Positions 17,659-28,210 of a stretch of DNA of 64,000 nucleotides are shown here, piece by piece. Position numbers and translations under genes: made by a program. Source of the DNA: an uncultured Acidimicrobiaceae bacterium (GTDB lineage: Bacteria; Actinomycetota; Acidimicrobiia; Acidimicrobiales; UBA8190); the NCBI GenBank assembly GCA_963714125.1, contig OY970234.1, positions 2,733,641 to 2,797,640 on the forward strand. Direction: 5' to 3'. Position 1 is the stretch's first letter. Each line of letters opens with the position of its first letter. The notes beneath the pieces are model-generated. The model had not been told where the DNA came from. It made no database searches and worked only from the letters and a program-made list of their open reading frames with translations.

Positions 17659-19869
17659 ATGCGTTCTCTTGCCTCATGGTGTGTCCGACACCGCCGGCTG
17701 GTCGTGGCCTTTTGGGTCTCCACCTTGATCGTCGTGAGTGTCATCTCTCACGCCGTGGGAACCAGCTATACGAACAGCTTCACCCTGCCCAAGACCGAGT
17801 CCACCGACGCCATCAATCTCCTGGTGGCGGCGTCGCCCAAGGTTTCTGGCGATATCGATCAGATCGTGTTCGAGACGACGGGCGGCGCCAAGGTCACTGA
17901 CCCTGGCGTCATGTCGCAAATCGACGCCATGCTGGCCCGAGAATCCAAGGTGCCGCACGTCACCAACATCGTCTCTCCCTACGGCCCGCAGGGAGTGGGA
18001 CGCGTGAGCAAAGACGGCACCATTGCCTTTGCCACCGTCACTTTCGACAAGCAAGCGCAGAACCTCACCATCGCCATCGCCCAAGATCTTGTGAAGACGG
18101 CCACGTCGGCTGATTCCGCCACCGTGCACGTCGCCGTGACGGGTCAGCTGGCCGAAGAGGCGGTGCGGCCGTCCTTCGGGGGCACCGGGGTTGGAGTGCT
18201 GCTGGCGGCCATCGTCTTGTTGCTCGTTTTCGGATCGCTGTTCGCCATGGCCCTGCCCCTCATCTCGGCCCTCGCCTCGTTGGGCACGGCCATCGGTCTC
18301 ATCGGGCTGCTCAGCAACGTGCTGAAGATGCCGGAGTTCTCGACCACCCTGGTACTGCTCATCGGGTTGGGCGTCGGCATCGACTACGCGCTGTTCATCG
18401 TGACGCGCCATCGACAAGGCCTCATCGCCGGCCAAGACCCCGAGGAATCGATCATCAACTCGGTGAACACCTCGGGTCGTGCCGTGATGTTCGCCGGCAT
18501 CATCGTCTGTATCGCCTTGCTCGGCATGTTCGCACTCGGCGTCAATTTTCTCTACGGCCTGGCGTTGGCCGCCGCTATCGGCGTTGCCCTGACGATGATC
18601 GCGGCCCTGACCTTGCTCCCCGCCTTGCTCGGGTTCATCGGCCCGCGCGTACTGTCGCGGCGTCAGAAGAAGAACCTGACTGCCAACGGGCCGCATGTGG
18701 TCGGGGCCGGATCCAAAGGGTTCTGGCCCCGGTGGGCCGACACCGTTCGTCGTCGGCCCGCCCTGCCTGCCGTCGTGGCCCTGATCGTCGTCGTCTTCAT
18801 CGCCCTGCCCTTCTTCTCGCTGCGCCTCGGTTCGGCCGACCAGGGGAACGACCCTGTCGGATCAACAACTCGTGAGGCCTACGACATGTTGGCCAAAGGC
18901 TTTGGGCCCGGATTCAATGGGCCTCTCGAGCTCGTGGCCGTGGTGCGAACCAGCAGCGACACCCAGACGCTCGATCGAGTGGTCGCCGACGTGCGGACTC
19001 AGCCCGATGTCGCCAGCGTCGCTCCACCCGTGCTGATCCCATCGCATGACGGCACCACCCTGGCGCTCGTCAACGTCTATCCCAACAGCGCGCCCCAGGA
19101 CGCGGCCACGACCAACCTCGTTTACCATCTCCGCCAACAGACGATTCCCGCCGCCGTTTCGGGGACTCAACTCACCGTGCTGGTGGGCGGTACGACGGCG
19201 ATCTACATCGACTTCGCCCACGTACTGTCGGCCAAGCTCCCATTGTTCATCGGTCTGGTCGTGCTGCTGTCGTTCTTGCTTCTCTCGGTGGTGTTTCGCA
19301 GCATCGTCATTCCGTTGGTGTCTGCGGCCATGAACATTTTGTCGATTGGAGCGGCCTTCGGCGTCGTGGTAGCCGTCTTTCAGTGGGGTTGGTTGGGTTC
19401 CGTATTCGGCGTCAACAGGGCCGGTCCCGTCGAAGCATTCCTCCCCGTGATGCTCTTCGCCATCCTCTTCGGGCTGTCCATGGACTACCAGGTGTTCCTC
19501 GTCACTCGTATCCACGAGGAATGGATCAACACCGGTGACAACCGTGTCGCCGTCCGCAATGGACTAGCCGCCACGGGCAAAACCATCACGGCGGCGGCGT
19601 TGATCATGATCCTCGTCTTCGGCTCGTTCATTCTCGGCGGCGAGCGGGTCATCAAGGAGTTCGGCCTCGGCCTCAGCGGAGGAATCCTGGTGGATGCCGT
19701 TGTCATCCGCATGGCCGTGGTGCCTTCGATCATGCTGCTGTTGGGCAAGACGAACTGGTGGTTTCCCAAGTCCCTGGACCGGGTCCTGCCCCACATTGGG
19801 TTCGAAAATGTAACGGCTCAACAAGCCGCCGCCCACGGACCAGAACCCAAAGAACACATACCAGCCTGA
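17659..19869 (+). CDS. MMPL-family (RND superfamily) membrane transporter
   Basis: 736 aa with two blocks of TM helices separated by soluble loops. ..GIDYALFIVTRHRQ.. and ..GLSMDYQVFLVTRIHEE.. are typical MMPL motifs. GGAGGA lies upstream of the ATG. Confidence 0.9.
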   Translation: MRSLASWCVRHRRLVVAFWVSTLIVVSVISHAVGTSYTNSFTLPKTESTDAINLLVAASPKVSGDIDQIVFETTGGAKVTDPGVMSQIDAMLARESKVPHVTNIVSPYGPQGVGRVSKDGTIAFATVTFDKQAQNLTIAIAQDLVKTATSADSATVHVAVTGQLAEEAVRPSFGGTGVGVLLAAIVLLLVFGSLFAMALPLISALASLGTAIGLIGLLSNVLKMPEFSTTLVLLIGLGVGIDYALFIVTRHRQGLIAGQDPEESIINSVNTSGRAVMFAGIIVCIALLGMFALGVNFLYGLALAAAIGVALTMIAALTLLPALLGFIGPRVLSRRQKKNLTANGPHVVGAGSKGFWPRWADTVRRRPALPAVVALIVVVFIALPFFSLRLGSADQGNDPVGSTTREAYDMLAKGFGPGFNGPLELVAVVRTSSDTQTLDRVVADVRTQPDVASVAPPVLIPSHDGTTLALVNVYPNSAPQDAATTNLVYHLRQQTIPAAVSGTQLTVLVGGTTAIYIDFAHVLSAKLPLFIGLVVLLSFLLLSVVFRSIVIPLVSAAMNILSIGAAFGVVVAVFQWGWLGSVFGVNRAGPVEAFLPVMLFAILFGLSMDYQVFLVTRIHEEWINTGDNRVAVRNGLAATGKTITAAALIMILVFGSFILGGERVIKEFGLGLSGGILVDAVVIRMAVVPSIMLLLGKTNWWFPKSLDRVLPHIGFENVTAQQAAAHGPEPKEHIPA

Positions 19870-19939
19870 GCCATCTCAACTGTTGCGGCACCCGGTTGAC
19901 GGCCCAGAATCGGCGCCTCGCCTGGTCTAGTGTTTCCGC

Positions 19940-20404
19940 ATGCGCGCCGCGGTGACTTTGGATATCCAGGCCCCGCCAGACAAAGTCTGGGGACTGGTCA
20001 GCGACATCACGAAGATGGGTGAATACAGCCCCGAAGTGATCGAGGCGCAATGGATGGACGGGGCGAGCGAAGCCAAGGTCGGAGCCCGCTACCGAGGCCA
20101 CGTCAGACGCAACGAGAATTGGCCCGTCCTGTACTGGACGACGTGTGAGATCACCGAATGTGAACCCGGCAAGGTGTTTGAGTTTGCCGTGGTGATGCGC
20201 GATCGGCCCGTCAACACGTGGCGTTACGAGTTTCGGGCCACGGATAACGGAGGCACCTCCGTCACCGAATCATTCGACCTCGGGGACAATGTGTTCACCA
20301 AGATCTGGCGCCCTCTGGGCGGCTTCCTCCGGGAGCGGCGAAATCAACGTGACATGCTGCGCACCCTCGAGCGCATCAAGGCTGTGGCCGAATCACCCTC
20401 GTAG
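19940..20404 (+). CDS. SRPBCC-family (polyketide cyclase/dehydrase-like) protein
   Basis: 154 aa. The N-terminus ..VTLDIQAPPDKVWGLVSDITKMGEYSPE.. is characteristic of SRPBCC ligand-binding proteins. Confidence 0.75.
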   Translation: MRAAVTLDIQAPPDKVWGLVSDITKMGEYSPEVIEAQWMDGASEAKVGARYRGHVRRNENWPVLYWTTCEITECEPGKVFEFAVVMRDRPVNTWRYEFRATDNGGTSVTESFDLGDNVFTKIWRPLGGFLRERRNQRDMLRTLERIKAVAESPS

Positions 20405-20597
20405 CGCACCCGGGGCCCGTTCCGACGTAGAACGAACAATATTCTCGGGGATTCACAAAAATGCGCGTGCCTGGAAACTTTCGTGAAACACGGGTCCGGT
20501 AACGTCGCCAGTAGCAATGAACCAATATCGTGACCTCTGGTTCAGCCCTGGGGGCGAAAACTGTGGCACTTGACTGGCGCACCGTGGTCCCGCACCG

Positions 20598-22097
20598 ATG
20601 ACTTCGTCATCGGAGGTAACGGGCGCGGCGCCATCGCCCATGGCCAGCGCCAGCTCGGATCCGATCGAAGCGGCCTTGCCACCGCACGTGATCGTGTTGT
20701 TCGGGGCGACCGGCGACCTCACCCGCCGGAAGCTTCTGCCCGGTCTGTTCCACCTGGCCCGCGCCGGCCTGTTGCCCGAATGCCGCATTATTGCCACCGC
20801 TCTCGACGAACTCGACGACAATGAGTACCGCGCCCTCGCCCGCAAAGCCTGTGACGAGTTCGTGCGCGGCGCCATCACCGATGAGGATTGGCTGCACTTT
20901 GGCCGCGGCCTGAGTTACGTACCGGAATCCGACGGTCCATCAGGCTTGAGAGCTGCCGTCGCCACCGCCGAGGCCGACCTCGGAGGCGAAGCGCGGCGAC
21001 TGCACTATCTGAGCATTCCTCCCCACGCGGCGCGCGTCGTCGTCGAGACCCTGGGTGCGGCCGGGCTCGCCGAACGGGCTCGCATCATCATGGAGAAGCC
21101 CTTCGGAACCGACCTGGCCAGCGCCCAACAACTCAATGCCGCCGTGCAGCAGGTGTTTCGCGAAGACCAGGTGTACCGCATCGATCACTTTCTCGGGAAA
21201 GAGGCGGCTCAGAACATCCTGGCCTTTCGTTTCGCCAACGGGCTGTTCGAGCCGATCTGGAACCGCCAGCACATCGACCACATCCAAATCGACGTTCCCG
21301 AAACGTTAGGGATAGGCAGCCGGGGCTGGACCTACGAGCAAACGGGTGCATACCGGGACATGGTCGTCACCCACCTCTTCCAGATCCTCGCCTTCGTCGC
21401 CATGGAGCCCCCCACCGCCCTCGAGCCCCACGCCATCAGCGAAGAAAAGAACAAGGTGTTCCGCTCCATGGTCACCCTCGACCCGACGCAGGTGGTGCGG
21501 GGCCAATACGAGGGGTACCGGTGGAGCGAAGGCGTGGCCGGTGACTCTGAAACCGAGACCTTCATCGCCTTGCGCTGTGAGATCGACAATTGGCGTTGGG
21601 CCGGAGTGCCGTTCTTTCTCCGCACCGGCAAAGAGATGGCCCAAGGTGCCCGCATCGTCTCCATTGCTTTCCGGGAGCCGCCCAAGTCGATGTTTCCGCA
21701 GGGATCCGGCGTGGGGATGCAGGGCCCCGATCACCTCACCTTCGATCTGGCCGACTCGTCTCGGCTGTCCCTCTCCTTCTACGGCAAGAAGCCAGGCCCG
21801 GGCATGAAGCTCGACAAGCTCAGCCTGCAGTTCGCCCTCCATGACACCGGTCACGCCGAAGAGGTGCTCGAGGCCTACGAACGCCTGATCCTCGACGCCA
21901 TGAGCGGCGACCAGACGCTGTTCACCAACGCCGAGGGCATCGAACGACTGTGGGAGGTGTCCCAACCTCTCCTCGACGCACCACCTGATGTACAGCTCTA
22001 CCGGGTCGGATCGTGGGGTCCGGTGGCGATCCAGGGCCTTATCGCTCCACGGTCGTGGCGTTTGCCCTTCGAACGAGGATGGCGCGAGCACCGCTGA
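20598..22097 (+). CDS. zwf: Glucose-6-phosphate dehydrogenase (paralog 1)
   Basis: [19 protein letters not shown] (NADP site), RIDHFLGKE (active-site motif), 499 aa. Confidence 0.9.
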   Translation: MTSSSEVTGAAPSPMASASSDPIEAALPPHVIVLFGATGDLTRRKLLPGLFHLARAGLLPECRIIATALDELDDNEYRALARKACDEFVRGAITDEDWLHFGRGLSYVPESDGPSGLRAAVATAEADLGGEARRLHYLSIPPHAARVVVETLGAAGLAERARIIMEKPFGTDLASAQQLNAAVQQVFREDQVYRIDHFLGKEAAQNILAFRFANGLFEPIWNRQHIDHIQIDVPETLGIGSRGWTYEQTGAYRDMVVTHLFQILAFVAMEPPTALEPHAISEEKNKVFRSMVTLDPTQVVRGQYEGYRWSEGVAGDSETETFIALRCEIDNWRWAGVPFFLRTGKEMAQGARIVSIAFREPPKSMFPQGSGVGMQGPDHLTFDLADSSRLSLSFYGKKPGPGMKLDKLSLQFALHDTGHAEEVLEAYERLILDAMSGDQTLFTNAEGIERLWEVSQPLLDAPPDVQLYRVGSWGPVAIQGLIAPRSWRLPFERGWREHR

Positions 22098-22299
22098 TCC
22101 CAACCAAATGAGTGACTCGAGGGAGTCATCAGCACCGACGATCGTGAATCGTCCAAATGACGGATGATCGATCGACGACGTCCTTCATACGCTGCTGCCA
22201 CGGCGGGCCGGTGGCCCGCTGGTTGGGGACAGACGCGTTGGACGACCCGCCTCGCCCGAAGATGAGGCTTCGTCATCTTTGGAAAAGGGGGAAACGAAC

Positions 22300-23349
22300 G
22301 TGCAGAGCACCACTCGTGTTCGGGGTCATGTCGTCAAAGGCGGGATCGTCGCCGCCCTGGCATCGTTGTCGATCGCCGTGGTCGGCGTCCCCAGTGGCGG
22401 GACCCAGACACCTCCCACGGCCCAGGTGACGAACTGCACCGACAGTGGCGCTGGTTCGCTTCCGGGGGTGATCGCCGCTGCCCTGCCGGGGGCCACCATC
22501 AGCTTTGCCACCGCCTGCCCGCCGTCAAACCCGATCACGTTGACCAACGGCACCATCGAAATCGATGAGGATCTGAACATCGTGGGCCCACGGTTCGGCT
22601 CGGTCGTGGTGAACGGCGCCAACCTCGCCACCGTGTTCCAGATCGACGCCCCCTCCACCGTCGAGCTCTCGGGCATCACCATCGAAGGCGGCGCCAGCCC
22701 CGGGAACCCCGCCGGCGCGGGTGGGATCAACAACTACGGCACGTTGACGATCAACGATTGCACCGTGACCAACAACGTGGCCACCTACGGCGGTGGTGGC
22801 ATCAACAACTTCGGCACGCTGACGGTGACGAGAAGCACGGTAACGAATAACTCGGCCGCGTTTGGCGGCGGTATCGCCAACGAAGGCACGGCCACGGTGA
22901 ATTTCAGCTCGATTTCCTCCAACACCTCCACCAATGGCGGTGGGGGCATCGCCAGTAGCGACGCACCCACGGCGCTGGCGTCGTTGACGGTCACCGCCAG
23001 CACGGTGGTGAACAACACCGCCGCATGGGGAGCCGGCATCACCAACGAAGGGGCGGCCCTGATCAAGAGCACCATCGTGGCGCAGAACACGTCGCTCGGC
23101 GTGGGGGGCGGCCTCTTCAACGAGACCAATAGCAACGGGACCATCCCGGCCACCTTGTCCGTCAAGGACAGCGTGCTTTTGAACAACACCTCGGCGGGGG
23201 GCGGAGGAATTTTCAACTACGCCGCCACCACCAGCGTGACGAGGAGCTTCTTCGCCAACAACACGGGCGCATCGACACCGCCGTATCCCGGAATCCTCAA
23301 TGACGGCGGGGGCACCCTGACGGTAGATACGGCGTCCTGGTTCGCGTGA
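22300..23349 (+). CDS. Secreted right-handed beta-helix protein with PMP-like GGG(I/L)xN repeats
   Basis: GTG 22300 is preceded by AAGGGGGA with a 7-nt spacer. Signal peptide present. The mature start is ..VTNCTDSGAGSLPGVIAAA... About 10 repeats of ~23 aa (GGGINNFGTLTVTRSTVTNNSA..). Confidence 0.7.
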   Translation: MQSTTRVRGHVVKGGIVAALASLSIAVVGVPSGGTQTPPTAQVTNCTDSGAGSLPGVIAAALPGATISFATACPPSNPITLTNGTIEIDEDLNIVGPRFGSVVVNGANLATVFQIDAPSTVELSGITIEGGASPGNPAGAGGINNYGTLTINDCTVTNNVATYGGGGINNFGTLTVTRSTVTNNSAAFGGGIANEGTATVNFSSISSNTSTNGGGGIASSDAPTALASLTVTASTVVNNTAAWGAGITNEGAALIKSTIVAQNTSLGVGGGLFNETNSNGTIPATLSVKDSVLLNNTSAGGGGIFNYAATTSVTRSFFANNTGASTPPYPGILNDGGGTLTVDTASWFA

Positions 23350-23423
23350 CCGGCGGTCGGCCACGGGCCTAGCGGGCCCAGATCGTCCCTCCGGGCGCCG
23401 GATTTAGATGCCAGGATTTCGGG

Positions 23424-23915
23424 GTGAGCGCGTATACGGCCGCCGATTGGCATGACTTTTTCATGGCGGCCGTGGGAGCCTCGGCGGCGTTGCTCGGGCT
23501 GCTGTTCGTCACCATGTCGATCAACCTCGAGCACATCCTGAAGTATCCCCACCTCCCGGGCCGGGCGGGAGCGACGCTGACAACGCTCCTTATCGTTCTC
23601 ATCGTCTGCAGCTTCGGGTTGGCACCGCATCAAAGTGCGCGGGCCTTGGGATGGGAGATCACGGCGCTGACACTGGTCGCCGCCGTGCACGTGACGTGGG
23701 CCACCGTCCGAAAACGTGGACCCGACGACCCCCGGAGCTGGACGTTGGGGGCCCTATCGCTCCTGCTCATTCCGGTCCTGGTCTTGACCGGCGGTGGTGT
23801 CAGCCTGGTGGCCGAAAGCGGTGGCGGTCTCTACTGGATCCTCGGAGGCACCACGCTGACTTTTGTGGCCGCGTCCATCAATGCCTGGGTTCTGATGGTG
23901 GAGATCCTGCGCTGA
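23424..23915 (+). CDS. Hypothetical integral membrane protein (about 4-5 TM segments)
   Basis: 163 aa with a GTG start. Hydrophobic segments (AAVGASAALLGLLFV, TLTTLLIVLIVCSFGL, LSLLLIPVLVLTGGGV, LTFVAASINAWVLMV). No family recognised. Confidence 0.6.
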   Translation: MSAYTAADWHDFFMAAVGASAALLGLLFVTMSINLEHILKYPHLPGRAGATLTTLLIVLIVCSFGLAPHQSARALGWEITALTLVAAVHVTWATVRKRGPDDPRSWTLGALSLLLIPVLVLTGGGVSLVAESGGGLYWILGGTTLTFVAASINAWVLMVEILR

Positions 23916-23939
23916 GGACCGCTCGCATCGAGCGGCGAG

Positions 23940-24434
23940 TTACGGCGGCGTCGGGTCGGTCAGTTTGCGCATGAGGCGCTCGAGGGTGGCCGTGTCAGCC
24001 GCATCAAGAAGGTCGAAGGCGGGTGGCGGCGTCCGCAGCAACTCGTGCACACGCGTCGCCAGGAGCCGACCGGCGTCGGTGAGGACGATCACCTTGATCC
24101 GACGGTCCGTCGGGTGCGTCTCGCGGCGAGCTAGTCCAGCCTCTTCGAGGTTGTCGACAATCGTGGTGACGTAGGAGTTGTCGCATCGCAACAGTGAGGC
24201 CAGTCGGCGCATGGGCAGCTCCTGATCATCCAACAGGAACTGCAGCGCCTTGGCGGCGCCGGGAATGATCCTCGCCTCCCCCGCCAGCTCGTGAATCTGG
24301 CCCATCAGCGCCGGGTCGTGCGCCATCTCACGCATCCGGCGCCACGCCTCTCGCGCCATGTCACTTGATGGGGTGGTCTCGACGCCGGGACCGCTTTCGA
24401 CTCTGGTCACTTCCATATCATACTGAAAACTCAA
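23940..24434 (-). CDS. MarR-family transcriptional regulator
   Basis: Winged-HTH core ..LASLLRCDNSYVTTIVDNLEEAGLARRETHPTDRRIKVIVLTDAG... Start is TTG 24434 or ATG 24416. Confidence 0.8.
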   Translation of the reverse strand: MSFQYDMEVTRVESGPGVETTPSSDMAREAWRRMREMAHDPALMGQIHELAGEARIIPGAAKALQFLLDDQELPMRRLASLLRCDNSYVTTIVDNLEEAGLARRETHPTDRRIKVIVLTDAGRLLATRVHELLRTPPPAFDLLDAADTATLERLMRKLTDPTPP

Positions 24435-24442
24435 TGATCCGC

Positions 24443-24454
24443 AACATATATGTT
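24443..24454. promoter_or_regulatory. 12-bp perfect palindrome AACATATATGTT in the MarR/MFS divergent region
   Basis: Read directly. It lies in an A/T-rich ~70-bp gap between the marR start and the MFS start (24505). Confidence 0.4.
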
Positions 24455-24504
24455 TGACACACTCACTGATTTTATGTGAGCATACGGGCGTGCGGACTCG
24501 TCAG

Positions 24505-25950
24505 ATGAACCAGAAAATCGCGGTGGGCGTCGTCTATGTGGCGGCCCTGTTCATGGCCATCATGGACATCACCATCGTCAATGTGGCCCTGCCCACCATC
24601 GGCCGCCAGTTCCACGTCCGTCCCGATTCGGTGGACACCGTGGCCATTGGCTTCCTGGTCAGCCTGGCCGTGTTCATCTCGGCTTCGGGCTGGCTCGGTG
24701 ATCGCTTCGGAGGCCGCAAGATCCTGCTGATCGCCGTGGTGATTTTCACGGTGGCGTCGGCCATGTGCGGCGCGTCCAGCAGTCTGGGCGAGCTGGTGTT
24801 CTTCCGGGTCCTGCAAGGCATCGGCGGCGGGCTCATGACCCCCGTCGGGATGGCCATGCTCTTTCGGGTCTTCCCTCCTTCGGAGCGGGTGCGTGCTTCG
24901 AGCATCTTGATGATCCCCACCGCCTTCGCCCCCGCTCTCGGTCCCGTACTCGGGGGACTCCTGGTGACCGACTTGTCGTGGCGGTGGGTGTTCTACGTCA
25001 ATGTCCCCATTGGCACCGCGGCGGTGATTTTCGGGTTGCTCTTCCTCGAAGACCACGCCCAAAGCCAGCCCGGGCGCTTCGACCGGGCCGGTTTCCTCCT
25101 GGCCGCGGCGGGGCTGGGACTGGCCATGTACGGCGTGTCAGAAGGACCTCTTAAGGGTTGGGCGAGCCCCACCGTGCTCACCACCATCTTCGTCGGCACC
25201 GCCCTCGTGGCCACGCTGATCGTGGTCGAGTTGCGGATCTCCGAACCTCTCATCGACCTGCGCATCTACTCGAACCGGCTCTTCCGCTCGAGCAGCGTGG
25301 TGATGATCCTCGGGGCCGTGGCCTTTTTAGGTGTGCTGTTCCTGGTGGCCCTCTTCTACCAGGACGCTCTGCACCTGTCGGCTCTGCAATCGGGGCTCAG
25401 CACCTTCCCCGAAGCTCTGGGGGTGATGACCGGCGCCCAGATCGTCAGTCGCCGCCTCTATCCCGTCATCGGCCCCCGACGTCTCATGGCATCGGGGCTG
25501 GTGATCGTGGCCGCCTCCATGGCCGCCATGGCGACCGTCGGCCTCCACACGAGCTTGTGGGTGCCCCGCGCCCTGTTGCTCGTGCTCGGGTGGGGCATGG
25601 CGTGCGTGTTCATTCCGGCCCAAGCGGCGTCCTTCGCCACCATTAGTCCGGAGAAGACCGGTCGGGCCTCCACCCTCTTCAACACAGCCCGCCAGCTCGG
25701 AGGAGCCATCGGCGTCGCTCTTCTCACCACCGTGGTGGCGGCTGTGGGTCCCACCAAGGTGACGTCGTTGGGGGTTGTCCCGAACCTCACCGCCTACCAC
25801 GCCGGATTTCTCACCGCCGCCGTTGTGGCTCTGGTGGCCGTGGCGGCCGCGCTCACCGTCAGTGACAGCGATGCCGCCGCAACCATGGTGCGTCGGGGCC
25901 GCTTGGCCCGACACGATGATCGGACCTCTGTCGCCGTTGACGCCGCCTGA
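24505..25950 (+). CDS. MFS transporter, DHA2 (EmrB/QacA-like, 14-TM) family
   Basis: Start at ATG 24505 (MNQKIAVGVVYVAALFMAIMDITIVNVALPTI..). ..GWLGDRFGGRKILL.. and ..FRVLQGIGGG.. are typical DHA2 motifs. Confidence 0.85.
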   Translation: MNQKIAVGVVYVAALFMAIMDITIVNVALPTIGRQFHVRPDSVDTVAIGFLVSLAVFISASGWLGDRFGGRKILLIAVVIFTVASAMCGASSSLGELVFFRVLQGIGGGLMTPVGMAMLFRVFPPSERVRASSILMIPTAFAPALGPVLGGLLVTDLSWRWVFYVNVPIGTAAVIFGLLFLEDHAQSQPGRFDRAGFLLAAAGLGLAMYGVSEGPLKGWASPTVLTTIFVGTALVATLIVVELRISEPLIDLRIYSNRLFRSSSVVMILGAVAFLGVLFLVALFYQDALHLSALQSGLSTFPEALGVMTGAQIVSRRLYPVIGPRRLMASGLVIVAASMAAMATVGLHTSLWVPRALLLVLGWGMACVFIPAQAASFATISPEKTGRASTLFNTARQLGGAIGVALLTTVVAAVGPTKVTSLGVVPNLTAYHAGFLTAAVVALVAVAAALTVSDSDAAATMVRRGRLARHDDRTSVAVDAA

Positions 25951-25962
25951 TCAGCGCGCTCT

Positions 25963-28089
25963 TCACTCCCCCGCTTGGGGCCTTGTCGGCAGGGGCACAT
26001 TGGGCGGCGTATTCGGCGCCGTGGGCGCCGGCGTCGGCCACCAGAAGCGGGCCCCGAGGTCAACGACCAACGTGGGAACGAGAATCGTCCTCACCACGAA
26101 GGTATCGGCCAGCACGCCGAGGGCGACGACGATGCCGATCTCTCGCGAGGCCACGATGGGCAAGATGGCCAGCACCGAGAATGTTCCGGCCAAGATGATT
26201 CCTGCTGACGTGAGCACACCACCGGTGCTCTCCACCCCGATGCGCACCCCCGTGGTGATGCCGTGTTTCACGACCTCTTCACGAATGCGGGTCAGCAAGA
26301 AAATGTTGTAATCGATACCGAGCGCGACAAGGAACACGAAGGTCAACAGCGGGACCGTTGGATCGATCCCCGGTAAGTTGAGCAGCGGAACGAAGACCAC
26401 CGAGGCGATGGCCAGCGCCGCCGCGAAGGTGACGATCACCGTCAAGACGACGACGAATGGCCCGAGCAACGCCCGCAGCAGCAACCACAGCACCAGCAGC
26501 ACGACCACGAGCACGCTGGGGACGATGACCAACGTGTCGCGATGTGACGCCGAAGCGGTATCGAAATCCTCGGCGGACTGGCCCCCGATAACGACGTCAG
26601 AGCCGGCCACCCGGCTGGCTGTCGCCCGCAATTTCTCAATGGCCGCAAAGCCTTTGCTGCCCGTCGGGGTCACGGCCAAGATCAGGTCGAAACGGGCCAG
26701 ATGCCCGGCGTGCTCCACCGGACCCTGATTGGCGGTGATGGGGAGCTTGGCAAAAGCGCGGCGCACGGCGTCGACATCGCGGGCATCGGTGACTACCACG
26801 TCGACGGGCGATACCTCGCCGGGCGGAAACGTGCGCTGCAAGAGCGCATAACCCTGCGTCGACGGCGCCGTGGCCGGCAGCTCGCTCAGCGAAGAGACGT
26901 TGGTGTTCACCGTGAGAAGACCAACGCTCGCACAGCCCAGGAGTCCGAGGCCCGTAATCCACACCGGGCGGCGTCCTTGGCTGACGATCCGAGCCAACCG
27001 GGCCCAGGGACCGCGTTGGACAAATCCAGGCGCGTGGCGCGGCACCGACGGCCAGAACACACCCCGACCCATGACCAGCAACAACGCCGGATACGCACCG
27101 AGGACGACGACGGCGGCGGAAAGCACACCGACGATGCCGACCACGCCGAAGTCGGCGATGATGTCGAGGCGCGCCAGAAGCAAACATGCCAAGGTGGCCG
27201 CCACGGTAATGGCCGACGCCGTAATGGCCGGAAAGGCCCGCCGCCACGCCACCAGCATGGCCACGCGATAGTCGGCGTGACGCCGCAGCTCCTCGCGATA
27301 GCGAGCCGTGAGCAACAATGCATAATCGGTCCCGGCCCCGAAGACGATGACAGTCACGAGGGAGACGCTCTCGCCGTTGACGGTCAGCCCGACTCGGCCC
27401 ATTGCATAGATCACGGCTTGAGCCACCGCTTCTGCGATACCCACGCAGGCCAGGGGCACCAGCCACAGGACCGGACTTCGATACGTGGCGGCCAGCAGCA
27501 CGGCCACCAAAATGGCGGTAACCACGAGCAGGAATAGGTCAGCGCCCGAAAAGGCGCCGAGTAAGTCGGCCTGAATGGCGGCATCTCCGGTCACCCGAAT
27601 CTCGAGGCCGGCCTTACCGTCTCCGACCACGGACCGGATCTCCTCCACGGCGTGTTGCACGGCCTGTTCGCTTCCCGGCACCGGAACGCTCATGATGGCG
27701 GCGTCGCCGTCGGGTGCGTCCACGAGTGCCGAAGGAGCACCAATGGCACGCGGAAGCCGAGCCTCTAAGGCTTTGCCGTCGTCGGTGGCGAGGGCCACAT
27801 CGGAAGCCGTAAGTCCGGAGCTCCGATAGAACACGATCTCAGCTTGCAGAGATCGGCCCGAGGGGAACTTACGGTCGAGAAGCAGTGCGGTGGTCGAGGG
27901 CGCGTTGGCGGGAAGGAACTCGGTCAGGCGACTTGTCTCGACGGTGCCGATCTTGTTGGCGAAAGGGATGGCCACGGCGACCACGGCCAGCCAGAAGGCC
28001 ACACCCACCCAACTGGCGAATCGACCCGTCAAGAATGCGGCCAGACGCGCCACCCGGGTGCCGACGTTGGTGAGTGGGTCCTGCGTCAC
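25963..28089 (-). CDS. MMPL-family (RND superfamily) membrane transporter (second copy)
   Basis: 708 aa with a GTG start. ..GAGTDYALLLTARYREE.. and ..ALGIDYNIFLLTRIREE.. motifs. Two TM bundles. Confidence 0.9.
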   Translation of the reverse strand: MTQDPLTNVGTRVARLAAFLTGRFASWVGVAFWLAVVAVAIPFANKIGTVETSRLTEFLPANAPSTTALLLDRKFPSGRSLQAEIVFYRSSGLTASDVALATDDGKALEARLPRAIGAPSALVDAPDGDAAIMSVPVPGSEQAVQHAVEEIRSVVGDGKAGLEIRVTGDAAIQADLLGAFSGADLFLLVVTAILVAVLLAATYRSPVLWLVPLACVGIAEAVAQAVIYAMGRVGLTVNGESVSLVTVIVFGAGTDYALLLTARYREELRRHADYRVAMLVAWRRAFPAITASAITVAATLACLLLARLDIIADFGVVGIVGVLSAAVVVLGAYPALLLVMGRGVFWPSVPRHAPGFVQRGPWARLARIVSQGRRPVWITGLGLLGCASVGLLTVNTNVSSLSELPATAPSTQGYALLQRTFPPGEVSPVDVVVTDARDVDAVRRAFAKLPITANQGPVEHAGHLARFDLILAVTPTGSKGFAAIEKLRATASRVAGSDVVIGGQSAEDFDTASASHRDTLVIVPSVLVVVLLVLWLLLRALLGPFVVVLTVIVTFAAALAIASVVFVPLLNLPGIDPTVPLLTFVFLVALGIDYNIFLLTRIREEVVKHGITTGVRIGVESTGGVLTSAGIILAGTFSVLAILPIVASREIGIVVALGVLADTFVVRTILVPTLVVDLGARFWWPTPAPTAPNTPPNVPLPTRPQAGE

Positions 28090-28210
28090 GGGCCGAGCTT
28101 GTCATGATGGCGGCGCCCGAACTCGTCATTGCCAGGGTCACAGCCGGCTACGAAAAGGCGGTGCCGACCCCGAGGCACGCCGTCGCTCAACGCAATGCGG
28201 GCCGCGCTCG

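Noticed and set aside
17674-18696. 340-aa minus-strand ORF inside the MMPL gene
   Set aside because: It is antisense to a clear MMPL coding frame, and its composition is dominated by Arg/Gly/Asp/His.
20405-20597. 193-bp lower-GC gap upstream of zwf, as a possible ncRNA or riboswitch
   Set aside because: I found no stable conserved-looking structure or known motif. It is most simply a promoter/5' UTR region. It remains unexplained, but there is no positive evidence for anything more.
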